Shown in pieces: positions 57,271-64,000 of a DNA stretch of 64,000 bases. The notes below the pieces were generated by a model, which saw only the letters and a program-made list of their open reading frames with translations, was not told the DNA's origin and searched no databases. A program made the translations under genes and the position numbers. This DNA is from Candidatus Zhuqueibacterota bacterium (lineage in GTDB: Bacteria; Electryoneota; RPQS01): positions 321-64,320 of the forward strand of contig RPQS01000023.1 in the NCBI GenBank assembly GCA_003818605.1. Direction: 5' to 3'. Numbering within the stretch: position 1 is the stretch's first letter; every line of letters starts with the position of its first letter.

Positions 57271-57465
57271 ATGAAAGCAACCACTGAATACCTGAAACGC
57301 CTGCTCGAAGAAAACAGGCGCATAAACCGTGAAGCACAGTTTCGTCTACAACAAATCAAAGATTATGACTTTGATACCTATGTATTCGAGCCACCTGATA
57401 TGCCAGATTGGGCAAAGGCACTGCGTGCGCATAATAATAACGTTCGAACAGTGCACCTACCCTAA
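57271..57465 (+). CDS. hypothetical small protein (64 aa)
   Basis: GGAG lies about 9 nt upstream of the ATG. N-terminus has coiled-coil-like composition. Confidence 0.45.
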   Translation: MKATTEYLKRLLEENRRINREAQFRLQQIKDYDFDTYVFEPPDMPDWAKALRAHNNNVRTVHLP

Positions 57466-57698
57466 TAAAAAGCATGCTCTGTCCCGAAGGGGCAACTGGA
57501 GATAATTGTGATTGTTGTCTGTTTACCCACGAGTGGTAAACAGTCTACACACCCACTGAAAGGAAATTGGCCGGGGAAAAAGCCTTGGTCAATTTTTTTT
57601 GGGAATTTTCTAAAGGTCTGCCTTAGGGCTCCCGCTATCACTGCCCTTTCGTCAGGCGATCATGCAGGATCCCCACCCAAAGACCATTTCTAACACCT

Positions 57699-57716
57699 AT
57701 TTCAACCCCTTGAAAT
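57699..57716 (+). repeat. 18-nt direct repeat, right copy (ATTTCAACCCCTTGAAAT)
   Basis: See the left copy at 52274-52291. The core TTCAA-CCCC-TTGAA is itself an inverted repeat. Confidence 0.5.
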
Positions 57717-57963
57717 ACCACCGCCACCCCGTGTCCAAAGTGTCAATAATGCAACACAAGATGAGCCCGACGGAGAATTTGTCGATCCAGTAACGTAAAA
57801 GAGCAGGTGCAAACCCGCTCTTCGTATTTTCAGCGCCCTGATCGAAAGATGAATCGAACGTACTTCACTAGGGCTTTGCCGGCTTCATAAACAAGCCCCA
57901 GAGGGATATTTTGCCACACAGTGTTCTCCTTGTTATATGTTTCTGATTTCTTATACCTGAAAT

Positions 57964-57992
57964 GAAAAAAGCCGATGACTGCTCACCGGCTT
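57964..57992 (-). terminator. minus-strand rho-independent terminator with no annotated gene in front of it
   Basis: Minus strand reads AAGCCGGTGA-GCAG-TCATCGGCTT followed by TTTTTT. Both stem arms (AAGCCGATGA and TCACCGGCTT on the plus strand) also occur in the terminator at 60711-60747. Confidence 0.7.
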
Positions 57993-58222
57993 CTGTTTGT
58001 GAAGTATGCTCAGACGTCGACTACCCCGATTACGACGAGCGAACACCACAAGCACCAGCCTACACACAGATGTGGTTAGACCACTGGAGCCATTGGGGAG
58101 ACGTGAAGAATCCAGTCGGGGAGCCGATGGAATCAGGTGCGTAGACAAGACTGCTGTCTGGGTAACCGCACAATTCCAATTTCATAGCGGTCTTGTTAGT
58201 GATCTCCAGCTACCGCAATACT

Positions 58223-58249
58223 AAAAGAAAAGGCCATGCAATCATGGCC
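58223..58249 (-). terminator. minus-strand terminator downstream of the wHTH regulator gene
   Basis: GGCCATG-(4-nt loop)-CATGGCC followed on the minus strand by TTTTCTTTT. Confidence 0.65.
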
Positions 58250-58264
58250 ATTTCAACTTTCAAA

Positions 58265-58296
58265 AGCTCCAGATTATCGGCTGGAGCTATTTTTTT
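58265..58296 (+). terminator. plus-strand-oriented (possibly bidirectional) terminator
   Basis: AGCTCCAG-(8-nt loop)-CTGGAGCT followed by ATTTTTTT. Confidence 0.6.
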
Positions 58297-58332
58297 ATGA
58301 ACCACACGGACGCATCACCAGCCGATCGATTC

Positions 58333-58659
58333 TCATTCGGGTAAATCACGAATAACTTCCTTCATCTGCTGGCGATACTTGCGTAGTGCATTTCGTCCGA
58401 CCTTTGTCAGGCGCAACAGCGTATGCGGCATCCGCCCCTCGAACTTCTTTTCAATGACGATATAGCCACTTGACTCCAGCCTGGCCAGATGTGTGGAAAG
58501 GTTACCGCGTGTGAGTCCTGTCTGTCGCTCCAGAAACAGGAAATCGGCTTCCTTTGCGACATAGAGAATTCCCATAATGGCAAGCCGGGCTGGGGCATGC
58601 ACCACCGGATCAATGTCCGGCACACTTCCCTTTTCGGTTCCGCTCTCGTCACTGAACAT
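58333..58659 (-). CDS. winged-helix (ArsR/MarR-like) transcriptional regulator
   Basis: HAPARLAIMGIL...LERQTGLTRGNLSTHLARLESSGYI...LTKVGRNAL fits a wHTH pattern; 108 aa. Confidence 0.75.
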   Translation of the reverse strand: MFSDESGTEKGSVPDIDPVVHAPARLAIMGILYVAKEADFLFLERQTGLTRGNLSTHLARLESSGYIVIEKKFEGRMPHTLLRLTKVGRNALRKYRQQMKEVIRDLPE

Positions 58660-59324
58660 CAGTGTTCACCAGTAATGGGTAATCACGCAGGAAGTGGCGC
58701 AGGCGTTCAAGCCCGATGCCGATGAGCAACAGTCCCGCCAGAACAATTACCCAGCCTTGACTGACGTGAATATAGGCAGCCAGCCAAATCATTGCAAGCA
58801 TGGGGACGACGATCATCCACATTCGTTTCATTCCCAAGATGACTCCCACGACTGCCATGCCGATACCGACGAAAGAACCGGTGTTCGAGCTGAGGTCACC
58901 TAGGTTGTGGGGCAAAGGATGTACGGCGGAATTCAATCTCAACGAAAGGCTCATCGAAATGCTGAACAAAAAAATGAGTACAAAGAACAGGAAAATCGCG
59001 CGCCATCGCCAGTTGCGTGGAAAGTCACGGCGGGCAACAAATTTGGAATAACCTAAGCGCGGATAGGTAATCCGCCGTCGCCAGATCCAGATCAGAAGGT
59101 AACCCAGAATTGCGGTAGCACCGATCGAAATGAGACCTTCAAAACCACTTGGAAGCGTCTGGAACAAGGGGATGCTTTCCGACAATACTGGCCATGCAGC
59201 CAAGAAGACGCCCATACACACAAACATGAAGCCCAAGCAGGCAATGAGGGCACCATCTTTATTAAACTCTTGGTAAATCTTTTCTTCCATTTGTCTGAAG
59301 TCGTTGTCCGCCTTCATAATACCT
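58649..59324 (-). CDS. integral membrane protein co-transcribed with the wHTH regulator
   Basis: I prefer the ATG at 59324 with GGAGG 5 nt upstream. The track start at 59560 adds an implausible leader. About 5-6 TM helices. 11-nt overlap with the regulator gene. Confidence 0.7.
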
Positions 59325-59340
59325 CCGGTTTCACGACAAT

Positions 59341-59369
59341 CAAACTGATTTGTTTTACAAACTGATTTG
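59341..59369. promoter_or_regulatory. tandem direct repeat CAAACTGATTTG x2 (17-nt period) just upstream of the membrane-protein/regulator operon; candidate autoregulatory operator
   Basis: Copies at 59341-59352 and 59358-59369. Each has inverted CAAA/TTTG arms. Confidence 0.4.
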
Positions 59370-59528
59370 AATATACTAACTAAAAAGCGGTTTGTCAAGT
59401 ACCCCAGGTATTTCCAAACCACAAGCATAAACGCACATAAGGCTTTCAGCAGCGTTTGTTCAACTTGGGTATCTGCACAAACATCCGTAGATCCGGCTAT
59501 TGTTAGCCTAAACACGAGGCAAATCACT

Positions 59529-59554
59529 AAAACAAAAGCTCGCACACGCGAGCC
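59529..59554 (-). terminator. minus-strand rho-independent terminator ending the YbjN-like gene cluster
   Basis: GCTCGC-(4-nt loop)-GCGAGC followed on the minus strand by TTTTGTTTTA. A second 9-bp hairpin lies at 59569-59594. Confidence 0.65.
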
Positions 59555-59600
59555 TTTCATACTCTCATACGTCCTGGCAATGCTACCGGGACGTATTTTT

Positions 59601-59831
59601 TTATCCCTCGCCCGCGACGGTCAACATTGCCTCTGCCTTACAGCACAACTCTTCACCCGACGCCTTCGCTGCCGACAACATCGCAGACCAAAACATTTGC
59701 TCTTTCAGCGGCTGACCTAACGGCACGAAGACAGGCACAATCGGGACGCTGTCGAGTGAATAGCGGGTATTGACAACGCGCACATCACCAGTCGATTTCA
59801 TCAGCACGGATAACCTCTCCATCGTGGACAC
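59601..59831 (-). CDS. hypothetical 76-aa ORF; overlaps the end of the upstream ORF by 47 nt in another frame
   Basis: ORF only. It could be a separate small gene or the shifted C-terminus of the 134-aa ORF. Confidence 0.3.
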   Translation of the reverse strand: MSTMERLSVLMKSTGDVRVVNTRYSLDSVPIVPVFVPLGQPLKEQMFWSAMLSAAKASGEELCCKAEAMLTVAGEG

Positions 59832-60189
59832 ATACTGCCATCACCGGTCGACCCGGCATTCCGAAAGTGAAGCAGCCCCGGCGCTTGTAATACCTGACGG
59901 TACCCATATCTGGATCAAAGCCCATGTTCTTCACGGCCCAAGCCAAAGCAACACTGTAGCCGGGCACCAGTCGGGCTATGCTATGCAGAAGCTGCACGCG
60001 GCTTGCATCCAGCCTATGCACACGTTCATCAATGCGATCAAGCACGCGTTGGCTGGCAGAAATCGCGGCCAAGGCTCTGTCACGTTCAAGTAATCGCAGT
60101 TCCACCTTTTCACTTCGTGACTGCCGAATCAGTGAAATCATTTCGACCGACAGGCCATCGAATTCACCTAGCTTCTCTGGGCTAATCAA
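59785..60189 (-). CDS. hypothetical protein (134 aa); 4-nt start/stop overlap with the upstream YbjN-like gene
   Basis: Start/stop overlap with the upstream gene and a coiled-coil-like N-terminal half. Confidence 0.55.
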   Translation of the reverse strand: MISPEKLGEFDGLSVEMISLIRQSRSEKVELRLLERDRALAAISASQRVLDRIDERVHRLDASRVQLLHSIARLVPGYSVALAWAVKNMGFDPDMGTVRYYKRRGCFTFGMPGRPVMAVCVHDGEVIRADEIDW

Positions 60190-60683
60190 GGGGTAATACG
60201 TGTGGCGTCCTCCAGTGCTGTCAGAGCTTCAGCCGGCGAAAGTTCACCAGAGATTACTCTCCGTATGTACGGCAGGTGATCGGAAATTATTGAAAAGCCA
60301 AGATAGAGCCAATCTCGTAGGCACGCAAATCCCGGCTCTGCGCTCTCGCATGACAGCGTGCTCTTGAAACCGATCCGGCCATCTGGAACATATTCCACAT
60401 CAAAGTTGCCGATCCACAGCCCGTAGTTTGCCCGCGCTGCATACTCTGCGATGACCGGCAACTTGTCCTCCGGAATCTTCACCAACGGAAAAGTCCAAAC
60501 TGTCAGCACGCGCCCTGACACATGCACTGCCATTTCATAGATGAACATCTCGTCACCGATTTGCAGACTGTGGTGCAAGTCAAAGATCTTGCTATCGGTG
60601 CCACCACGGAGTCTTAGCTGGGAATGGGGGACGCCAATCTCATCCAGGAAATCAACTACCCGCTGCGCAAACGGATCTATCAT
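60186..60683 (-). CDS. YbjN-like (type III secretion chaperone-fold) protein
   Basis: I prefer the ATG at 60683 with GGAGG 4 nt upstream, because the track start at 60761 would run through the upstream terminator. The overall pattern (...LTVWTFPLVKIPEDKL..., ...ANYGLWIGNFDV...) resembles the YbjN family. Motif-level only. Confidence 0.5.
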   Translation of the reverse strand: MIDPFAQRVVDFLDEIGVPHSQLRLRGGTDSKIFDLHHSLQIGDEMFIYEMAVHVSGRVLTVWTFPLVKIPEDKLPVIAEYAARANYGLWIGNFDVEYVPDGRIGFKSTLSCESAEPGFACLRDWLYLGFSIISDHLPYIRRVISGELSPAEALTALEDATRITP

Positions 60684-60710
60684 CACACCTCCTTTGGCTC
60701 TTATGCCAAC

Positions 60711-60747
60711 AAAAAAGCCGATGATAAACTCACCGGCTTTCTTTTTC
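60711..60747 (-). terminator. rho-independent (bidirectional-looking) terminator after the beta-helix T9SS gene
   Basis: AAAAAA-GCCGATGA-(5-nt loop)-TCACCGGC-TTTCTTTTT. Confidence 0.75.
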
Positions 60748-60762
60748 GCATTCAAAAACAAC

Positions 60763-63700
60763 CTATCTGATCAACACCATCTTCTTCGAATCTACGAAGT
60801 TTCCGGCTTTGATTTGATAAACATAGACACCAGATGCGACCGTTATGCCAGAAGCGCTCTTGCTGTCCCACATGATGCGATATGCACCGGCAGGGCGAAC
60901 TTCATCCACCAGCGTTGTTACTTCCTGCCCGAGGATGTTGAAGATCTTCAGTTGAATCTTTGTCATCTCGGGAAGATCAAATTGAATCTCTGTGTTGGGA
61001 TTAAACGGATTGGGATAGTTCTGATACAGCTTATATTCGGTGGGAATGGCCGAAGTATTCACTGGTGTGTTATCCAGATTACGGGTATGATGATACGATT
61101 TGGTCAGAGCGATCATCCTTCTGATCAATTCCCGGAAATCCGAAACGCGATTCTCCGGGTACCGGCAAGACAGCTTCTCCTTCTGCCCGCAGAAGAAATG
61201 GACTCGCATCGCCCCGATAACAGCTTGGACAGAATCCCGCTGCGAAGTCGGTTTCATAATGATTCGTTCGAAGCCATCCAAAGCATCTGACGCTCTTCCT
61301 TCTTTCATCAGACATTCAAGATACAGCAGGCGCGCCGCGATTCTAACGGAGTTGGACACGGCATTCTGTTCCTGCCTTAAGAAGAAGTTTGAAAGTTCCT
61401 CATGGATATTTGCTTTATGAGCAGACACATAATAGTGTGACAAGGCAGGCGCCAAGCGCGGATCTTTTCGATCACATGTTGTAATGAACGTCTTGAACTC
61501 TTGCGAAGCCGCCGCATAGTTTTTTTCGCGCTGAAATTGAACACCCTGCATATATGTTCTCGCAACCACAGAGGTTTTTGAGTTCTTATTTGTGCTCTCT
61601 GACGATTTTTCGGAATACGCCGAACCATTCTTTGACCTCCAATTGTCCGATGTTTTAGTGCTCGGCACACTTGATGTCGAAGCAATTATATCCCTACCTC
61701 GATTCGGGTAAGAATCATTGACAAGAAGGTACTGCGAACTCGACTCGCCACAAGATCCAACCGCTGCCGCCGCGCTATCGCTTATCCAAAACAACATCGT
61801 ATCGGGATCTAAATGGTTCCAGAATGCGCTGGTATCCGGTCCGAATGGATACCAGTAGTTATTGGTCACGTCCAAGGTGTCTGTCTCATCGCCGGTGATA
61901 ATATATTGTCCCGTGGAATCAAATAAGTAAAATCCGTTCTCGCCATTGACCAGCGCAAAGCATGACATGGCCGATCCCTCCAACAACGGTCCGCCATAGT
62001 CCGCGAAAACACAATTGGAGTTATTCGAAAAGTCGAGATCTCCTGCGTTTACCACAACTTCTGCCGTTGAATCGCCGCCGTTGTACAAATACTGACTGCA
62101 CGAATTCGTCACTGTTGAAGTATAGCCGTCCGAGTAGAGACCCGGTCCTTCATTCCCAATGAAGTATGAGCCTGTGATTTCTGTTTCATATGCGTTGTAC
62201 ATCCATAGTCCAACCCCTTTGTTGTTGTAAACCCAGCAATCGGTCATTTCGATGTCTCCGTCAAAAAGAAGGAATCCAATCCCCCCTTCAGCGCTTAGAG
62301 AATTTCGAAAAGTACAACTGCGTAGATAACTTGAATCGCGTTCAAGGCCTTCGAAGGCGATCCAATTATTTGTTGCGTCGAAGGCGCAATTACTCATTCG
62401 CACGACCGGACCTATACCACCTACAGTATATACATACCCCGCGCTGCGAAATTGCGTGTAGTCTGCACATAGCAGCGTATTTCCCATCAGATGCCATCCC
62501 GTCCAATTAGACGAATCATGGCTAAATCCCAAGGTAATCGGCATTGAAGCTGTTCCTTGAAAATGGATTTCGCCGCGTGTATTATTGCTTGTTGCGAAGA
62601 TGAACACATTCTCACCCAGCGTTACCGTGTGATTCGCGGCACCGGGCCATGGTTTGATAAACAGCGTTCCGCCGTTCACGTAAATGGAGTGGTTTAATAC
62701 GGTTGGTGCCCAGATGGTCATGGTGTCGGCGTCATATAATACCGTATCGGCAGGGCTCAGTGAAGTAATGTGCGTGTTGCCGCTGTCCGGATCTGTCGTA
62801 TCGGCGTTCAACGGACTACTGACGTAGCGACCATGTGAATCCTTCGTCCAGAAAATGTAGCTGACTAAAGTGGATTTGGAACCTGACAGCAGATCCCATA
62901 AATAGGTGCTGTCTGCCGCAATTCCGTTAAGGCGCGATGTCGTCCAGTTCATGCTGTCCGGGAACAGCCTCCACTTCAGAACCACCTCCTGCAGCGTGTC
63001 TGTGCTCGCGGTACCGACATAGTTCTCAATAAATGCGCGTGCGGTGACATTGATCGTATCCGTCGGTTCGGTCAAAGCAGAGTCCGTCATATTCTGCAGC
63101 CGTAGATACGAATAGATCCAGGCATCTTCATTCTGCGGTCCAAGGTGATTTGCGAAAAGCGAATCCTGCACTTGGATCGGTCCGAAATAGTTGTCCGTGA
63201 TGTAACTAAGCGCGCTGCTTGAATCGCCGATCATGATATACGCACCGGCACTCGCCGAATCGTTGAAGATGAATTGATTGGATCCATACTCCAAGTGAAG
63301 ACTGGACGGACTATAAGCATAGAGTAACATCCCCGATGAATCCCGGAACATATTGCACCGACCGTCGCCGAGTTCGAGGAAGTTGTCTCCCGGCTCAATC
63401 GAAATTTCGGGGAGCGTATCGCCGTTATACGTGAACTGACATGCATTCGCATAGACCGTACAGGTTTGAGATTCTGCCAGTATCAATCCTGAGCGAATGT
63501 TTTCCGTGATGATGCAGTTATTCATCGTAAGATTTGCGTCTGACTGAACAACAACTCCATTGTCCGAACAGTTGCGGACAATAACGGAGTTGAAATCTAG
63601 GCTTCCGTTAGCCAGCAATAAGCCAGTCCCCGAAATGTTTTCGATGGTCACGTTGTTCAGATAGCTGCTGTCAGATCCGACATCGGCGGAGTTGTTTACA

Positions 63701-63999
63701 ATGATGGAACCCGAAGAATTAAAACTGACATTCTTCAAACGAATCACTGGCACGGGTTCTTTCTCTTCGGACACATAGATGGGATTAACTGCGCGCTCGA
63801 TTTCGGCGTGTTTTACTTCCAGCCAACCGTTTGCAACGACAACACCCGACCAGTTGTCCGTAGTATCGGCACAGGTCATCGTGATCGGTGCGTCGCTCGT
63901 GCCCTCGATTATAAGTCTGGGGTTGTCTCCCGATGTCCCCTCGTAAGTAAGATTTACCGTGATCCCGGAGTCAATTACTACAGCCAAATTGCTGTCCAC
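60763..63999 (-). CDS. right-handed beta-helix repeat protein with T9SS C-terminal sorting domain; 5'-truncated by the window edge
   Basis: Repeated N-rich beta-helix turns (NNSADVG, NVTIENISGTG, VRNCSDNGVVV, CIITENIRSG). A helical TPR-like segment. C-terminal YQNYPNPFNPNTEIQFDLP...GVYVYQIKAG...KMVLIR. The ORF is open to the window end. Confidence 0.85.
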   Translation of the reverse strand: MDSNLAVVIDSGITVNLTYEGTSGDNPRLIIEGTSDAPITMTCADTTDNWSGVVVANGWLEVKHAEIERAVNPIYVSEEKEPVPVIRLKNVSFNSSGSIIVNNSADVGSDSSYLNNVTIENISGTGLLLANGSLDFNSVIVRNCSDNGVVVQSDANLTMNNCIITENIRSGLILAESQTCTVYANACQFTYNGDTLPEISIEPGDNFLELGDGRCNMFRDSSGMLLYAYSPSSLHLEYGSNQFIFNDSASAGAYIMIGDSSSALSYITDNYFGPIQVQDSLFANHLGPQNEDAWIYSYLRLQNMTDSALTEPTDTINVTARAFIENYVGTASTDTLQEVVLKWRLFPDSMNWTTSRLNGIAADSTYLWDLLSGSKSTLVSYIFWTKDSHGRYVSSPLNADTTDPDSGNTHITSLSPADTVLYDADTMTIWAPTVLNHSIYVNGGTLFIKPWPGAANHTVTLGENVFIFATSNNTRGEIHFQGTASMPITLGFSHDSSNWTGWHLMGNTLLCADYTQFRSAGYVYTVGGIGPVVRMSNCAFDATNNWIAFEGLERDSSYLRSCTFRNSLSAEGGIGFLLFDGDIEMTDCWVYNNKGVGLWMYNAYETEITGSYFIGNEGPGLYSDGYTSTVTNSCSQYLYNGGDSTAEVVVNAGDLDFSNNSNCVFADYGGPLLEGSAMSCFALVNGENGFYLFDSTGQYIITGDETDTLDVTNNYWYPFGPDTSAFWNHLDPDTMLFWISDSAAAAVGSCGESSSQYLLVNDSYPNRGRDIIASTSSVPSTKTSDNWRSKNGSAYSEKSSESTNKNSKTSVVARTYMQGVQFQREKNYAAASQEFKTFITTCDRKDPRLAPALSHYYVSAHKANIHEELSNFFLRQEQNAVSNSVRIAARLLYLECLMKEGRASDALDGFERIIMKPTSQRDSVQAVIGAMRVHFFCGQKEKLSCRYPENRVSDFRELIRRMIALTKSYHHTRNLDNTPVNTSAIPTEYKLYQNYPNPFNPNTEIQFDLPEMTKIQLKIFNILGQEVTTLVDEVRPAGAYRIMWDSKSASGITVASGVYVYQIKAGNFVDSKKMVLIR

Positions 64000-64000
64000 C

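Larger units (their letters stand above)
24191..57722. mobile_element. mosaic accessory/defence island; left edge at the tRNA fragment, right edge provisional
   Basis: Abrupt change in content and GC at the tRNA-like fragment. At least three recognisable defence systems plus a primase-helicase/iteron module lie in series. No integrase is seen and the right boundary is not proven. Confidence 0.55.

Noticed and set aside
56609-57287. ORFs of 71-79 aa inside the iteron field: 56609-56848(-), 56676-56909(+), 56957-57172(+) and 57072-57287(+).
   Set aside because: They are low-complexity translations of the AGTAGTA/GAAGGAAATGA repeats (runs of S, T, L, N). They have no RBS and overlap each other on both strands.
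57508-57693. 61-aa ORF at 57508-57693(+), and the 60-65-aa ORFs at 57951-58148(-), 57962-58144(+) and 58006-58224(+).
   Set aside because: They start inside or run through terminator hairpins, lack an RBS and overlap one another. The region is better described as non-coding or uncertain.
59601-60189. Programmed frameshift joining the 134-aa and 76-aa ORFs.
   Set aside because: I see no slippery heptamer or stimulatory structure at the 47-nt overlap. A simple overlap of two genes, or a sequencing indel, is equally likely.

Overview
64-kb window, probably from an FCB-group-like bacterium: three large proteins end in a type IX secretion (T9SS) C-terminal sorting domain. I found no rRNA, no CRISPR array and no intact tRNA.

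(1) Bases 1-23.6k look like ordinary chromosome. Single 60-nt spot counts give about 57-60% GC. The genes are:
- a PPDK_N-type PEP/pyruvate-binding protein fused to a nucleotidyltransferase (5'-truncated by the window edge)
- a POT-like MFS transporter
- a giant CPBP/Rce1-type intramembrane protease
- NAD-malic enzyme, CstA, a PAS protein and a small membrane protein
- a T9SS-secreted S1 protease
- a PaaI thioesterase and an MDR oxidoreductase
- a 1695-aa modular T9SS cargo protein

(2) About 24.2-57.7 kb is a lower-GC mosaic accessory island (spot counts about 37% near 25 kb, about 48% near 40 kb). It starts exactly at a tRNA-Ser-like 3' fragment that has its own terminator. It holds a minus-strand run of defence genes:
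- a complete class-1 DISARM operon (drmD-drmMI-drmA-drmB-drmC)
- an orphan 248-aa class-III-cyclase-like ORF
- a 1478-aa Mrr-nuclease/NACHT-type STAND NTPase
- a GmrSD-like DUF262/DUF1524 enzyme
- a tightly coupled four-gene operon I cannot assign to a described system: a membrane/PAS histidine kinase, a response regulator with an unknown output domain, a minimal CHAT/caspase-like protein and a 3-TM protein

The right part of the island (51.7-57.7 kb) is a replicative module. It contains a very acidic small protein, a promoter-plus-terminator small-RNA candidate, an AEP-primase/SF3-helicase gene and an approximately 0.8-kb iteron-like field. It is bracketed by an 18-nt direct repeat. No integrase is visible.

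(3) 58.3-64 kb (about 48% GC) carries a wHTH regulator and membrane-protein operon, a YbjN-like protein and a 5'-truncated beta-helix T9SS cargo gene.

The best candidates for something new are the HK/RR/CHAT-like/TM operon and the cyclase-like plus STAND pair. All functional calls rest on motif recognition by eye and need profile or structure searches.
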